From positions 80,406 to 144,405 of the forward strand of contig CAZNKP010000016.1 of NCBI GenBank assembly GCA_964573805.1: a stretch of DNA of 64,000 nt. The letters run 5' to 3'. Source of the DNA: an uncultured Desulfobacterales bacterium (lineage in GTDB: Bacteria > Desulfobacterota > Dissulfuribacteria > Dissulfuribacterales > QOAL01). Below, in pieces: positions 28,870 through 38,882 of this stretch. The position numbers and the translations under genes were made by a program. A model generated the notes under the pieces. That model was not told the origin of the DNA and ran no database searches. It saw only the letters and a list, made by a program, of their open reading frames with translations. Every line of letters starts with the position of its first letter. The first letter of the stretch is position 1.

Positions 28870-30308
28870 TCTAAAATCCGGACACTGTACTTTAATGTAC
28901 TGGTGCCAGAGGCAGGAATTTGCATTTTCCACAAACAGTGGCGGGCGTCTTCCTTGATGTGAGGCAGGTTTTCTGCTGTTACAGACCACTGCCCAGGGAT
29001 CTCTTCCCTTATAAATACAGTAACAGGTTCGTCTTTAGAGTTACGGACCTGTAACTCATAGGTGCTTTCATAACTGTAAATATACCTGTTGTTTGTTTTT
29101 ATCCGATTGAAAGTAAGCTGTCTCTTTTTACAAGTTATATCAAAGGCCTTTCCTATGTTGAGAATGATCTTTGCTCCAGGAGCTACAGATTGAATCCTTT
29201 GCTGACCAACAAAAATCGGTGTGCCCTTTGAGTCTGCCTTGTAAACCCTGAAATTACCAGCAGGGAAGGGGAGTTTTCTATCTTGGCCTTTGGTATCTAT
29301 TTCTAATATAATATCAGGATTAAGTCTCTTTTGGGTGCTATCAACGCTCCTGTAATAATAAGAAGTATTTGATTGAAAGATGAGTTTTTTATTGCATGGA
29401 AGAGAGCCTGCATTAAAGAGACGGATATTTTGGCTCCTTAAAGGAGCAAGGTTAACGGACTGGGGTATTTCATAAATATAATATTCAAAAAGTCTTTCTC
29501 TTACTGCCTCTTCGAGTGGAGAAACAGGTGCAGCTGGCATGGCCTTGGCCTTATACATTCTTTCTACCGGAACGTTTGAGCCATACTGAAATTTTACCTT
29601 GCCAGCAACTAGCCGTACATTTGCGCCTGTAATGTTCAGTTGCGAGTGATTTTGCAATAGGGCAAAGGCCTGAACCGCTATCTTTTTTTCATCTTGGGTT
29701 AAAAAACCAGTATAGTTAGCCTGCCAACCAAGTTTTTGGGAAAGGTATAAAAGTTCAACAGGTATTCGATCAGGCTTTTTAAAAAAGAGAGTTGTTCTTA
29801 TCTCTGGTGTCAACGAGATATCTTGAGGCAAGGACGGGAAAATAATCTTTGATATATCTGTTTCAAATATACCCAGGGCTGTTTTGACCATGACTTTGTT
29901 ATCATTATAAGATAAAAGGGTAGCTACTGTGTGTTTGCCCTTGTTACAATTTTTTTGGTCTCTTAACAAGATTTTTTCCCCTCTAAAAAGCTGTAATAGT
30001 CTTTTGCTAGTAGGGGGCGTATAAGAATACGAGTAACGTTCAATTAGCCCTTGGGGAACTTTTATAAAAACACTGCCTGGGATGATTCCTGGGCAAATAT
30101 TCCCAAAAGTAATCTGATTCCGCCCTCTTTTTACAGATATCTTGGCCTTGTGATCGAATAATGCTCCGTTATGATAAATTGTTAATATCAAGGACTTATT
30201 TTCTGAGTCCATCTTGGGAGTATTTGCAGCGTAAATCAGCCCAGCGGACTCTGTAAGTATCACGATAACAAGACAAAAAAACAATGTAACAAGTTTTTTT
30301 ACAGGCAT
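28866..30308 (-). CDS. Exported DUF4139-like (MuiA-like) protein
   Basis: Signal peptide MPVKKLVTLFFCLVIVILTESAGLIYA. LTIYHNGALF...RGRNQITFGNI...GSVFIKV resembles the DUF4139 N-terminal pattern. AAGGAG RBS. The family call is tentative. Confidence 0.55.
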   Translation of the reverse strand: MPVKKLVTLFFCLVIVILTESAGLIYAANTPKMDSENKSLILTIYHNGALFDHKAKISVKRGRNQITFGNICPGIIPGSVFIKVPQGLIERYSYSYTPPTSKRLLQLFRGEKILLRDQKNCNKGKHTVATLLSYNDNKVMVKTALGIFETDISKIIFPSLPQDISLTPEIRTTLFFKKPDRIPVELLYLSQKLGWQANYTGFLTQDEKKIAVQAFALLQNHSQLNITGANVRLVAGKVKFQYGSNVPVERMYKAKAMPAAPVSPLEEAVRERLFEYYIYEIPQSVNLAPLRSQNIRLFNAGSLPCNKKLIFQSNTSYYYRSVDSTQKRLNPDIILEIDTKGQDRKLPFPAGNFRVYKADSKGTPIFVGQQRIQSVAPGAKIILNIGKAFDITCKKRQLTFNRIKTNNRYIYSYESTYELQVRNSKDEPVTVFIREEIPGQWSVTAENLPHIKEDARHCLWKMQIPASGTSTLKYSVRILD

Positions 30309-30339
30309 TTTAATCTCCTTTAAAAAATAAAAGAAAAAG

Positions 30340-30419
30340 ACCCCTGCTGGTTTAAGAAGGATGGAGGTGGGTATGTTGGTCGTCTTTGTTGGAGATGGTA
30401 CAGAGGGACCAGCAGGGGT
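30340..30419 (-). promoter_or_regulatory. Terminator-like leader hairpin (12-bp stem, 56-nt loop, U-tract) just upstream of the DUF4139 gene RBS
   Basis: Bases 30340-30351 (ACCCCTGCTGGT) are perfectly complementary to 30408-30419 (ACCAGCAGGGGT). On the minus strand the stem is followed by CTTTTTCTTTTATTTTTT, then AAGGAG and the ATG. Confidence 0.5.
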
Positions 30420-30460
30420 AACTTGAATACTATTTTGTTATGTAAATCAGGCTGGCTTCA

Positions 30461-30489
30461 ACATTACCCACGAAACCCCAATTTGTCAA
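30461..30489 (-). promoter_or_regulatory. Sigma70-like promoter upstream of the leader hairpin
   Basis: The minus strand reads TTGACA, 17 nt, TAATGT. Confidence 0.5.
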
Positions 30490-30613
30490 TAGATACATCC
30501 CAGTTCCCCTTATTATAAAGCACCACCATAAGACACCTTGGTGAAAAAAACGGTAAGGGCAGGGCTTTCAGCAAAGCAGCAAGATCTCGTGGTGTCTAAA
30601 AACATATAAAAAG

Positions 30614-30629
30614 GGATTGGGGGAAATCC
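30614..30629 (-). terminator. Weak candidate terminator after the DUF362 gene
   Basis: Minus-strand GGATT-tccccc-AATCC followed by CTTTTTATATGTTTTT. The stem is only 5 bp. Confidence 0.25.
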
Positions 30630-30644
30630 TAGTCATATCATTCA

Positions 30645-31661
30645 TCATGGAAGTTCAAAGGATGTAATCGATTGGACAAAGGATCTAACCCTTCCTTTTA
30701 TAAAACGTATTGGATTGAAGGTAATGGGTTCGAGTCTTTGTGGCAAAATGAAGGTGTCTGTTTCCGTCTCTTTAATGGAAAGCCAAGGGAAAGAGAGATT
30801 GGATAGAAAACCACCCTGTTCACCTAAACGTCTGGCCTCTTGCCAGATAGGAACATGTTGTGGTGTTGTCCCAATTATATGGTAGTAGGCCGTGTCAAGG
30901 GCATGGCTTGATCTCGAGGCTCCAAGGGTGCCCATCCATATTAATTTTCCTCCAGTAGGACCTGTTTCATGCATGCATAAACATGCATCCATGATATTGA
31001 TGGTTTTAGGTAAGGCCTGCCCTATTTCTATAATGATGCGTGCAAAAAGAGAGGGATTCTTGCCATATAATACATGATAAAGGGCTTTTCTAAAACCAGG
31101 AACGGTTCCATACAGATTTTTGACTGCGCCAGTAACTCCTAGTTGGCTATGCGCTTTAAGGCGAGGAAGGTTGATGATGAGTTGGGTATCTAAAGCCTTT
31201 TTCGAGATGGAAACCGTTACTCCACAAGGCAGTTTTACCTTGTGAGGCTTAGAAAAGGACGAAATGGGCACGCCAAGATCTTTTAAAGGTTCCAAAATTC
31301 CCAGTCCCTTTAGCACCTGCCTGGTTGCTCCAAAGGCAGGAGAGTCACCTACAGTAACTACTGCCCCTCTTTTTTTAAGATAAATCACCACAGCCATTAT
31401 AAGCAGGGGTGAGGTTACACATTGAGGGTCTCTAGCCTTTAACAGATTTGGTTTGACCAGTATTTTCAGCCCCGAGATCCTTACAGGAAGCACCTTATCA
31501 AGGAGGAAAGAAACGATATCTAAAAAGTATCTTCCTTGGTCTTGAAAAAGGTCTTCTGTTTGGAGAGACAAGTATTGTTCCTTGTTGATTTTTTGTATGA
31601 ATACTTGATAAATGCCTCTCTTTGCTGGTGCCAAAAGTCCTCCTGTGTCGTTATCTTGCAA
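30645..31661 (-). CDS. DUF362 domain-containing protein
   Basis: ILVKPNLL...VTVGDSPAFG...INLPRLKAHSQLGVTGAVKNLYG is the DUF362 pattern as I recall it. Confidence 0.65.
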   Translation of the reverse strand: MQDNDTGGLLAPAKRGIYQVFIQKINKEQYLSLQTEDLFQDQGRYFLDIVSFLLDKVLPVRISGLKILVKPNLLKARDPQCVTSPLLIMAVVIYLKKRGAVVTVGDSPAFGATRQVLKGLGILEPLKDLGVPISSFSKPHKVKLPCGVTVSISKKALDTQLIINLPRLKAHSQLGVTGAVKNLYGTVPGFRKALYHVLYGKNPSLFARIIIEIGQALPKTINIMDACLCMHETGPTGGKLIWMGTLGASRSSHALDTAYYHIIGTTPQHVPIWQEARRLGEQGGFLSNLSFPWLSIKETETDTFILPQRLEPITFNPIRFIKGRVRSFVQSITSFELP

Positions 31662-32085
31662 CCAGCAAGATATTATGCCAATTGGATATGTAGTATAGGA
31701 TAAAAGCAGACAGAATAAGAAATATCAATCCACACATAATATCAAGCACTATGGGGGGCTTGAAGGAATTTGTCTCTATCTCTCTTTCTACCTTTACGAA
31801 CCTGGCCATTGCCAAAATACTCATTATGACTCCGAGTCCTATAAAAACAACTCCTAACAGGTTAGAGATCTCAAGGGCAGAAGAATAGGGTGTCTTGGCC
31901 ATCTTTTTGTCCACCCAGAGAAACAGAGAAAACTTTTCAACTACAAAACCAAAGGCCATGATCGAAATGGCAGTCCTTATCCAAGCAAGAAATGTTCTTT
32001 CATTTGCAAGGTGTGTGCGCCTGTTGCCAACGTGGCTTTGGGCTTCCTCCTTTGAAAGGTGTTTATGTCTTGTGGAAAATATCAC
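31651..32085 (-). CDS. YidH/DUF202-family membrane protein
   Basis: LANERTFLAWIRTAISIMAFGFVV plus two further TM segments. Overlaps the DUF362 gene start by 11 nt. Confidence 0.7.
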   Translation of the reverse strand: MIFSTRHKHLSKEEAQSHVGNRRTHLANERTFLAWIRTAISIMAFGFVVEKFSLFLWVDKKMAKTPYSSALEISNLLGVVFIGLGVIMSILAMARFVKVEREIETNSFKPPIVLDIMCGLIFLILSAFILYYISNWHNILLVAR

Positions 32086-32232
32086 TTTCCCCTCCCTGAA
32101 TCACAATTTAATTAGGCTTAAAATATTTTCATCAAGCTAGTCATGCGAGAGCGTGTGTCAAGGCTTTTTGTCTTTTGTCTCTATGGATTGAGGGAAAGGC
32201 TAGCACATGTTAAAGACAAAGGACATATTAAT

Positions 32233-33858
32233 ATGGAAAAGGTTTTGGCCATGGGAATAAAACGAGTAGTCATGTTATCTAGAGAGTATGCAGGTGTTGT
32301 TGGTGCTGGAGGGGTAAAGGACGTTGTTAGAGGATTAAGCCATGCATTGGTCCAAATAGGTATAGAGACCCATGTAATACTTCCAAGATATGGTTTTTTA
32401 GATGCTGAAGGCATGGGATTTGAGAGAATGGACCTGTCTTTTAAGGTTGACATGAACTATGCCTCTGAAGAAAGAACAGAGGAAGTGGGGTTTTGGCAGG
32501 CAGATTTCTCAGGGGTTAGATGTTTTTTAGTAGAATCCGAAAGATTTGCAGAAAAAAAAGGCATTTATACTTATACAGAAGCAGATGAAATGGCCAATCC
32601 GGCCAGGCGAAAAGGAGAAGGCCATTTTGATTATTTTGCCATGAATGTTTTACATCAAAAGGCCTCTCTAGGTCTGCTTGAGGGCATGGAGCTTGTTCCC
32701 GATGTCATTCACTGTCATGACGGCCATACTGGACTCGTTCCTGCCATTATCAGGGAAGTAGATGGTTTCCGGCATTTTTTTTTGAAAAGCGCCACACTCT
32801 TAACCATTCACAATGCTGGGATTGGCTATCACCAGGATGTGGCAGATCTACCCTTTGCAAAGGCTATAACCGGACTCCCTTGGAGGGTTATATATCACTG
32901 CCTGTTAAACGGTTCATTTGATCCCTTGATTGCAGGAGCTACGTATGGATCTGTCAACACAGTGAGTGAAAATTACGCCAGAGAGCTTCAAGAAACAGAA
33001 CTAGACGCATTGACTGGCTGGCTTGGTCATGCACTAAAAGATCGGGGCATAAAGCTCGAGGGGATCACAAATGGCATAGATCCAGATGAATTCAATCCCA
33101 ATCATCCAGAAAAACTTGGCCTTCCATGTTCCTTTGATTCCCTCTCAGGGGATTTCCAGGGGAAAGCCGGGTGTAAAAAGGCCCTTCTCAGGCTTTTATC
33201 TGCCGGAGAGGCGGCAGCCGAGTTCATAGATGGCAGGTTTAAGGATATAAGGGTAAGCGGCACAGTTGAATATCGTCCTGATCTTCCTTTTTTTACAGTA
33301 GTTAGCAGACTAACTGAACAAAAAGGAATAGATATTCTTGCCAAGGCCCTAGAAAGGGGACACGGAAGGGAACACGCCTTTAACATTGCTATCCTCGGAA
33401 GTGGCAAGGCAGAGATAGAGAATCATCTCAGATGGGTTGCCACACTTCCGCATAACCGTGGCAGGATGTGCGTGCTTACAGGTTATGACCGGATACTTGC
33501 AAATCATATGTATGCCGGGGGTGACTTTTTTATAATTCCTTCCAGATACGAACCCTGTGGCCTGACCGATTTTATCGCCCAAATTATGGGCAATATTCCG
33601 GTTGTTAGGCATACAGGGGGATTAGTTAAGGTAATGGATGGGATCAACGGGCTAAGTTTCCATTCTGAAGACCCTGCTGAATTGTCCGTAGTTCTGGAAA
33701 GGGCGGTCTCCATTTTTAATGAATCTCCTTCAACCATTAAAAAAATGCAACAGAAGGCCGTTGAGATAATCTTGGACAAATATACCTGGGATAAGGTGGC
33801 CAGGAAATACATTGAGCTATACAACGCAGCCTATGAACGGCAACTTGCCAAGGCCTAA
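32233..33858 (+). CDS. glgA: Glycogen/starch synthase (GT5-like GlgA, long form)
   Basis: SREYAGVVGAGGVKDVVRGL, HCHDGHTGLVP, TVSENYARE, VSRLTEQKGID, IPSRYEPCGLTD. The start is uncertain (ATG at 32233 or 32251; the track gives 32143). Confidence 0.75.
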   Translation: MEKVLAMGIKRVVMLSREYAGVVGAGGVKDVVRGLSHALVQIGIETHVILPRYGFLDAEGMGFERMDLSFKVDMNYASEERTEEVGFWQADFSGVRCFLVESERFAEKKGIYTYTEADEMANPARRKGEGHFDYFAMNVLHQKASLGLLEGMELVPDVIHCHDGHTGLVPAIIREVDGFRHFFLKSATLLTIHNAGIGYHQDVADLPFAKAITGLPWRVIYHCLLNGSFDPLIAGATYGSVNTVSENYARELQETELDALTGWLGHALKDRGIKLEGITNGIDPDEFNPNHPEKLGLPCSFDSLSGDFQGKAGCKKALLRLLSAGEAAAEFIDGRFKDIRVSGTVEYRPDLPFFTVVSRLTEQKGIDILAKALERGHGREHAFNIAILGSGKAEIENHLRWVATLPHNRGRMCVLTGYDRILANHMYAGGDFFIIPSRYEPCGLTDFIAQIMGNIPVVRHTGGLVKVMDGINGLSFHSEDPAELSVVLERAVSIFNESPSTIKKMQQKAVEIILDKYTWDKVARKYIELYNAAYERQLAKA

Positions 33859-33950
33859 GACATGACTAATTCAGTAATTCTTTATTTTGGTGTAAAATTC
33901 AACATATATCTTTAAGGCTAGACAAAATTGATCAAACTGAGGTCTTAACC

Positions 33951-35021
33951 ATGGATTTTGAATTAAAGTGGCTTGCATGGGAAATAACCAGGAGATGCAA
34001 TTTACACTGTGTACATTGCCGTTCGTCATCCGAAATAGAGGTCAAAGAACATCCAGATTTTTCAACAGAAGAAGGGAAGAGAATAATCGATGACATATCA
34101 TCTTTTTCAAAACCTGTGGTTGTCTTGTCTGGAGGAGAACCGCTTCTTAGGCAAGATTGGTTTGAGCTTGCTTCATATGGGACACAAAAAGGGCTCAGAA
34201 TGTGCCTTGCAACAAATGGAACCCTTGTTACCCCAAAGGTGTGTCAGAGGATAAAGGATGCTGGAATAAAGATGGTGTCATTAAGCCTTGATGGCTCTTC
34301 TGCTCAGATACACGACAACTTTCGCAATCAGCCTGGGGCCTTTGAAGGGACCATGAATGCTGCACGGCTTTTTAGAAAACATGGTATAAACTTTCTGATA
34401 AACTCGTCTTTTACCAAAAGAAATCAACAGGATATCAAGAACGTATACAGACTTGCCAAAGAAATCGGAGCCACTGCTTGGTATATGTTTATGATTGTGC
34501 CAACAGGCAGGGGAGAGGAAATAATGAATGAGCTTATAAGCCCTGACGACTACGAGAGACTTTTAGAATGGCATTACGAAATGGAAAAACATGAAAAAGA
34601 TCTACTTGTTAGGCCAACTTGTGCGCCACATTACTACCGTGTAAAAATACAGCTTGCCAAGAAGGATGGCGAAAGGCTTGAACACAGGAGCCTTAAGTTT
34701 TCTACTGGCGGATCAAAGGGGTGTCTGGCCGGACAGCTCATATGCCTAATTGATGTAGATGGGAATGTCCTGCCATGCAGTTATTTCCCCCTTTCTGCAG
34801 GAAACATTAAAGAACACTCTTTGAAAGATATCTGGGATAATGCAAGTCTTTTTAAAGAACTCAGGGATTTTTCGTCCTACAAAGGCTCTTGCGGCTCATG
34901 TGAATACATTAGGGTATGTGGAGGTTGTCGAGCCAGGGCCTATGCTGTAACTGGGGATTATCTGGAAGAGGAGCCCTTTTGCAGTTATACACCTAAAAAA
35001 CTTAGAGCAGGGGAGGGATAG
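33951..35021 (+). CDS. Radical SAM/SPASM protein of the NirJ/AhbC/AhbD family (AhbD-like heme synthase candidate)
   Basis: [14 protein letters not shown] cluster, [15 protein letters not shown], and the C-terminal SPASM cysteines [18 protein letters not shown]. Translationally coupled to hemE. Confidence 0.65.
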   Translation: MDFELKWLAWEITRRCNLHCVHCRSSSEIEVKEHPDFSTEEGKRIIDDISSFSKPVVVLSGGEPLLRQDWFELASYGTQKGLRMCLATNGTLVTPKVCQRIKDAGIKMVSLSLDGSSAQIHDNFRNQPGAFEGTMNAARLFRKHGINFLINSSFTKRNQQDIKNVYRLAKEIGATAWYMFMIVPTGRGEEIMNELISPDDYERLLEWHYEMEKHEKDLLVRPTCAPHYYRVKIQLAKKDGERLEHRSLKFSTGGSKGCLAGQLICLIDVDGNVLPCSYFPLSAGNIKEHSLKDIWDNASLFKELRDFSSYKGSCGSCEYIRVCGGCRARAYAVTGDYLEEEPFCSYTPKKLRAGEG

Positions 35022-35023
35022 CC

Positions 35024-36049
35024 ATGAATGAAAATTTTCTTAGGGCATGCAGGGGAGAAAAGACCCAACCTGTACCGGTATGGTTCATGAGACAGGCAGG
35101 CAGATATCTTCCAGAATATCAACAGATAAGAGGCAAGGCAGACTTTTTGACTATGTGCAAAACACCCGAGCTGGCAGCAGAAGTGACCCTCCAGCCTGTA
35201 GATCTCCTTGGTGTTGATGCTGCAATACTTTTTTCCGATATCTTGGTTCCTTTGGAGGCTATGGGAACGGGATTGAGTTTTCAAGAAGGCAGGGGGCCAG
35301 TAATCACTCCTGCGGTTAGATCATGGGATGAGTTTTCGATCCTTCACTCTGTAGACCCTGAAAAAGAAATTCCCTTTGTGTTTGATACCATCAGAATTCT
35401 TAGAAAAGAGCTATCAAATAGGGTTCCTCTAATAGGATTCGCAGGGGCTCCATTTACACTTGCCACTTATCTTATAGAAGGAGGGAGTTCTAAGAGTTTT
35501 ATTAATGTAAAAAAGATGTTTTTTTCCCAGCCAGATCTTTTTAGGGCAATAATGGACCTTATTACAGAGGTAACTATTAAATATCTTTCTGCACAAATAG
35601 AAGCCGGTGCCCAGGCTATTCAACTTTTTGATACCTGGGGAGGCATCCTGACAAGACAAGATTTTAGGGACGGGGCATTAGTTTATGCCCGCAGAATTTT
35701 CAATGCAATAAGGGATAGAGGGGTTCCGATGATATATTTTGTCTATAATGGCGGCCACCTATTAGATCTAATCCGTCGCTCAGGGGCTGATGTCTTTGGC
35801 TTAGACTGGAGGACCGATATTGCTACCGCTCTTAAAGATCTTGGGTCGGATGCAGTGATACAGGGAAACCTTGATCCTTGTCTCCTGTTCTTGCCAGAAG
35901 AAAGGCTAAGAGAAAGAATAGCAGATATCTTGGCTCAGGGCCTTGCCGCCAAGGCCCACATATTTAACCTCGGACATGGAGTGTTGCCAGAGATTCCCCC
36001 AGAAAAGGTAAAACTTGCCATAAACATCATACACGAGCTTTCCTTATAA
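35024..36049 (+). CDS. hemE: Uroporphyrinogen decarboxylase
   Basis: PVWFMRQAGRYLPEY...ILFSDILV...LIGFAGAPFTLATY...NLGHG. Confidence 0.9.
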   Translation: MNENFLRACRGEKTQPVPVWFMRQAGRYLPEYQQIRGKADFLTMCKTPELAAEVTLQPVDLLGVDAAILFSDILVPLEAMGTGLSFQEGRGPVITPAVRSWDEFSILHSVDPEKEIPFVFDTIRILRKELSNRVPLIGFAGAPFTLATYLIEGGSSKSFINVKKMFFSQPDLFRAIMDLITEVTIKYLSAQIEAGAQAIQLFDTWGGILTRQDFRDGALVYARRIFNAIRDRGVPMIYFVYNGGHLLDLIRRSGADVFGLDWRTDIATALKDLGSDAVIQGNLDPCLLFLPEERLRERIADILAQGLAAKAHIFNLGHGVLPEIPPEKVKLAINIIHELSL

Positions 36050-37014
36050 TGGCTACTGGAATTATTTTATTAAATATGGGCGGGCCAGATAGCCTGGAGG
36101 CAGTGCGCCCCTTTTTATTTAATCTGTTTTCAGACAGAAAAATTATAAGACTTGGACCATCGTTTCTACAAAGGCCAATTGCTTGGTTCATAGCGAGAAA
36201 AAGGGCCCCAAAGAGTGCTGCCTGCTATAAAAAGATCGGGGGTAAGAGCCCTCTGTTAAATATCACCAAAATGCAGGCAGATGCATTAGCGCAAGAATTA
36301 AATAGGGCCAATTTGGCACAAGGCCCGTTTTATTGTGTGCCTGGCATGCGTTACTTTACTCCCAGGACACCAAACCAGTTGGCCATTTTGAAAAGAGAGG
36401 GCGTGGATAGGTTTGTTGGTCTTTCCATGTATCCTCACTACAGCCAAGCAACTTCCGGTACTTCAATAGACGATTTCAGGGATGCAGCCCGCCTCCTTGG
36501 CATAGACGGTTATTCGATAATAGACAGTTACCCAGATCATCCGCTTTATATAAAGGCCCTTTCTGAATGTCTTAAGGCTGGACTGGCACAAGTTAGGGAT
36601 GCCTCCGATTTCAAACTTATCTATAGCGCCCATTCCTTGCCTCAAGAGATGGTTGACCAAGGCGATCCCTACGTAGAGCATGTTAATAAAACTATAAGAT
36701 CCCTTGAGCAAGAAACAGGCATAAAGGGAATTCTATGCTTTCAAAGTAGGAGCGGCCCTGTAAAATGGCTTGAGCCTGCTACAGACCATCTGTTAATGAG
36801 ACTTGCAGCAGATGGAGTGAAGGAAATTTTGTGCTTACCTATAAGCTTTGTTTCAGATCATATAGAGACTCTCTATGAAATAGATATCTTATACAAAGGC
36901 ATGATGAATGAGCAAGGAGTAAGGTTGATTCGTACACCTTCCTTAAACAGCTCTGCAACTTTTATAGCCTGCCTTAAAGACTTGGTGATAAAAAGCTTAA
37001 CAAAAGGGGTTTAG
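36049..37014 (+). CDS. hemH: Ferrochelatase (protoporphyrin or coproporphyrin type undetermined)
   Basis: GIILLNMGGPDSLEAVRPFLFNLFSD...IYSAHSLP...PISFVSDHIETLYEID. TAATG overlap with hemE. Confidence 0.85.
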   Translation: MATGIILLNMGGPDSLEAVRPFLFNLFSDRKIIRLGPSFLQRPIAWFIARKRAPKSAACYKKIGGKSPLLNITKMQADALAQELNRANLAQGPFYCVPGMRYFTPRTPNQLAILKREGVDRFVGLSMYPHYSQATSGTSIDDFRDAARLLGIDGYSIIDSYPDHPLYIKALSECLKAGLAQVRDASDFKLIYSAHSLPQEMVDQGDPYVEHVNKTIRSLEQETGIKGILCFQSRSGPVKWLEPATDHLLMRLAADGVKEILCLPISFVSDHIETLYEIDILYKGMMNEQGVRLIRTPSLNSSATFIACLKDLVIKSLTKGV

Positions 37015-37015
37015 T

Positions 37016-38389
37016 ATGGAGCAAACAAAACTGGCGCCTCACATATTTAGGGAATACGACATTAGAGGCATTGTTGGTAAAGATTTGACAGAAGATACAG
37101 TTTGCCTCATCGGAAAGGCCTTTGGCACCTTTGTTAAGAGTCAGGGTGGCAATGTAATAATGTCTGGACGGGACGGGCGTCTTCATTCCAACAGGCTACA
37201 AGAGGCCTTGATCGAGGGACTTGTTTCAACAGGCATTAAGGTCGTAGACATTGGTCAAAGTCCAACACCTGTTCTGTATTTTTCTATTTTTCACCTTAAT
37301 GCCGATGGTGGCATTCAGATTACAGGTAGCCACAACCCGCCAGAATTCAATGGATTAAAGATGTGTCTGGGCACCTCTACTATATACGGAAAGAAGATCC
37401 AGAAGCTTAAGGAATTGATTCAAAACGAAGAATTTGAAACCGGAGCTGGATCTGTTGAAAAATACGAAATAATAGGTGATTATCTTAATTTCTTAAATAA
37501 AGACATTAAAATAAAAAGGCCCATGGAAGTTGTTATTGACTGTGGAAATGGAGTATCTGCCCTTGTTGCTCCTGAGGCCTTTAAACAGTCAGGTTGCAAG
37601 ACAGAAACCCTATTTTGCCATGTAGATGGAACCTTTCCAAACCATCACCCAGATCCTACTGTTCTGGAAAATCTCGTTGACCTAAAAAGACATGTAAAAA
37701 GCACTGGCGCAGATATAGGGCTGGCATTCGACGGTGATGGAGACAGGATAGGGGTGGTTGATGAAAAGGCCAACGTCATCTTTGGAGACAAAATTTTACT
37801 CCTTCTTGCAAGGCGGCTGTTAAAGGACAATCCTGGTGCGGCAATTATTGGAGAGGTCAAATGCTCCCATGTCCTTTATGAGGATATTAAGGCCCATGGT
37901 GGAGTGCCAATCATGTGGAAAACAGGGCACAGCCTTATAAAGCAAAAAATGAAAGAGACCGGTGCCCTGTTGGCCGGTGAGATGAGTGGACATATTTTCT
38001 TTGCCGATCGCTTTTTTGGCTTCGATGACGCAACCTATGCCGCCCTTCGACTTTGTGAGCTGTTATCCGAAGAAGATAGGCCTTTGTCTGAGTTGTTTCA
38101 TGATCTTCCAGAAACTGTCTCAACTCCAGAAATAAGAATGGAGTGTCCAGAAAGGCACAAGTTTGCCTTGGTTGACAAGGTAAAGGAATCTTTGATGTCT
38201 GACGGATATGAGATAATAGATGTAGATGGGGCAAGAGTGGTGTTTGATGATGGCTGGGGGCTTATCCGTGCCTCAAATACACAACCTGTTATTGTATTGA
38301 GATTTGAAGCAAACACTCTTGACAGGCTTGAAGAGATAAGAACCTTGATCGAAGACAGGCTTGAAGAGGTAAAAAAGACACTTGGCTAG
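37016..38389 (+). CDS. Phosphomannomutase/phosphoglucomutase
   Basis: FREYDIRG, active-site TGSHNPPEFNG, FDGDGDR, GEMSGH. Confidence 0.9.
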   Translation: MEQTKLAPHIFREYDIRGIVGKDLTEDTVCLIGKAFGTFVKSQGGNVIMSGRDGRLHSNRLQEALIEGLVSTGIKVVDIGQSPTPVLYFSIFHLNADGGIQITGSHNPPEFNGLKMCLGTSTIYGKKIQKLKELIQNEEFETGAGSVEKYEIIGDYLNFLNKDIKIKRPMEVVIDCGNGVSALVAPEAFKQSGCKTETLFCHVDGTFPNHHPDPTVLENLVDLKRHVKSTGADIGLAFDGDGDRIGVVDEKANVIFGDKILLLLARRLLKDNPGAAIIGEVKCSHVLYEDIKAHGGVPIMWKTGHSLIKQKMKETGALLAGEMSGHIFFADRFFGFDDATYAALRLCELLSEEDRPLSELFHDLPETVSTPEIRMECPERHKFALVDKVKESLMSDGYEIIDVDGARVVFDDGWGLIRASNTQPVIVLRFEANTLDRLEEIRTLIEDRLEEVKKTLG

Positions 38390-38882
38390 CAGAGACAAAG
38401 TAAATCCTATTGACTCATCAAAGACTGTTTTTGAGAGCATTGTTTCAGGTAGGCGTTGGCATGTCTATTTCCCAAGACGTATCATATGGCAAAGGTGGGA
38501 AGAGATTGTAGGAAAACCTGTGGCATCTTCAGCCTATCCTTGGCACTTTAAGGAACTACATTGCTTAGTAATTGCAGTCTCAGACAGTATATGGATGCAG
38601 CAACTTTCGTACGAATCTGTATCTTTGCTAGAAAAAATTAATTCCCTTTTGCCCGGGCATGCCCGTCTTTCTCATCTAAGATTTGTAGTAACTGATGTTG
38701 ATTCAGTCAAAAGAAATACAAAATGGCTTGCTGCTAACAGACGTATGAAAAGAAAAAACAGATATGCAAAAGGGGTGACGGCTAGAGATTTGAATGAAAA
38801 AGAGCTGGGACTCCTTGAATCGTTAGATGATCCAGAACTAAGACAGCACTTTGAAAATATTTTGAGACACCTGGATTCCTAA
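38382..38882 (+). CDS. dciA: DUF721/DciA-like protein
   Basis: IIWQRWEEIVGKPVASSAYPWHFKELHCLVIAVSDSIWMQQLSYESVSLLEKIN follows the DUF721 pattern. TTG start, uncertain. Confidence 0.55.
   Translation: MASRDKVNPIDSSKTVFESIVSGRRWHVYFPRRIIWQRWEEIVGKPVASSAYPWHFKELHCLVIAVSDSIWMQQLSYESVSLLEKINSLLPGHARLSHLRFVVTDVDSVKRNTKWLAANRRMKRKNRYAKGVTARDLNEKELGLLESLDDPELRQHFENILRHLDS

Noticed and set aside
30727-30736. GGTTCGAGTC, a tRNA T-loop-like decamer.
   Set aside because: It lies inside the DUF362 coding frame. The flanks form no acceptor, D or anticodon stems.
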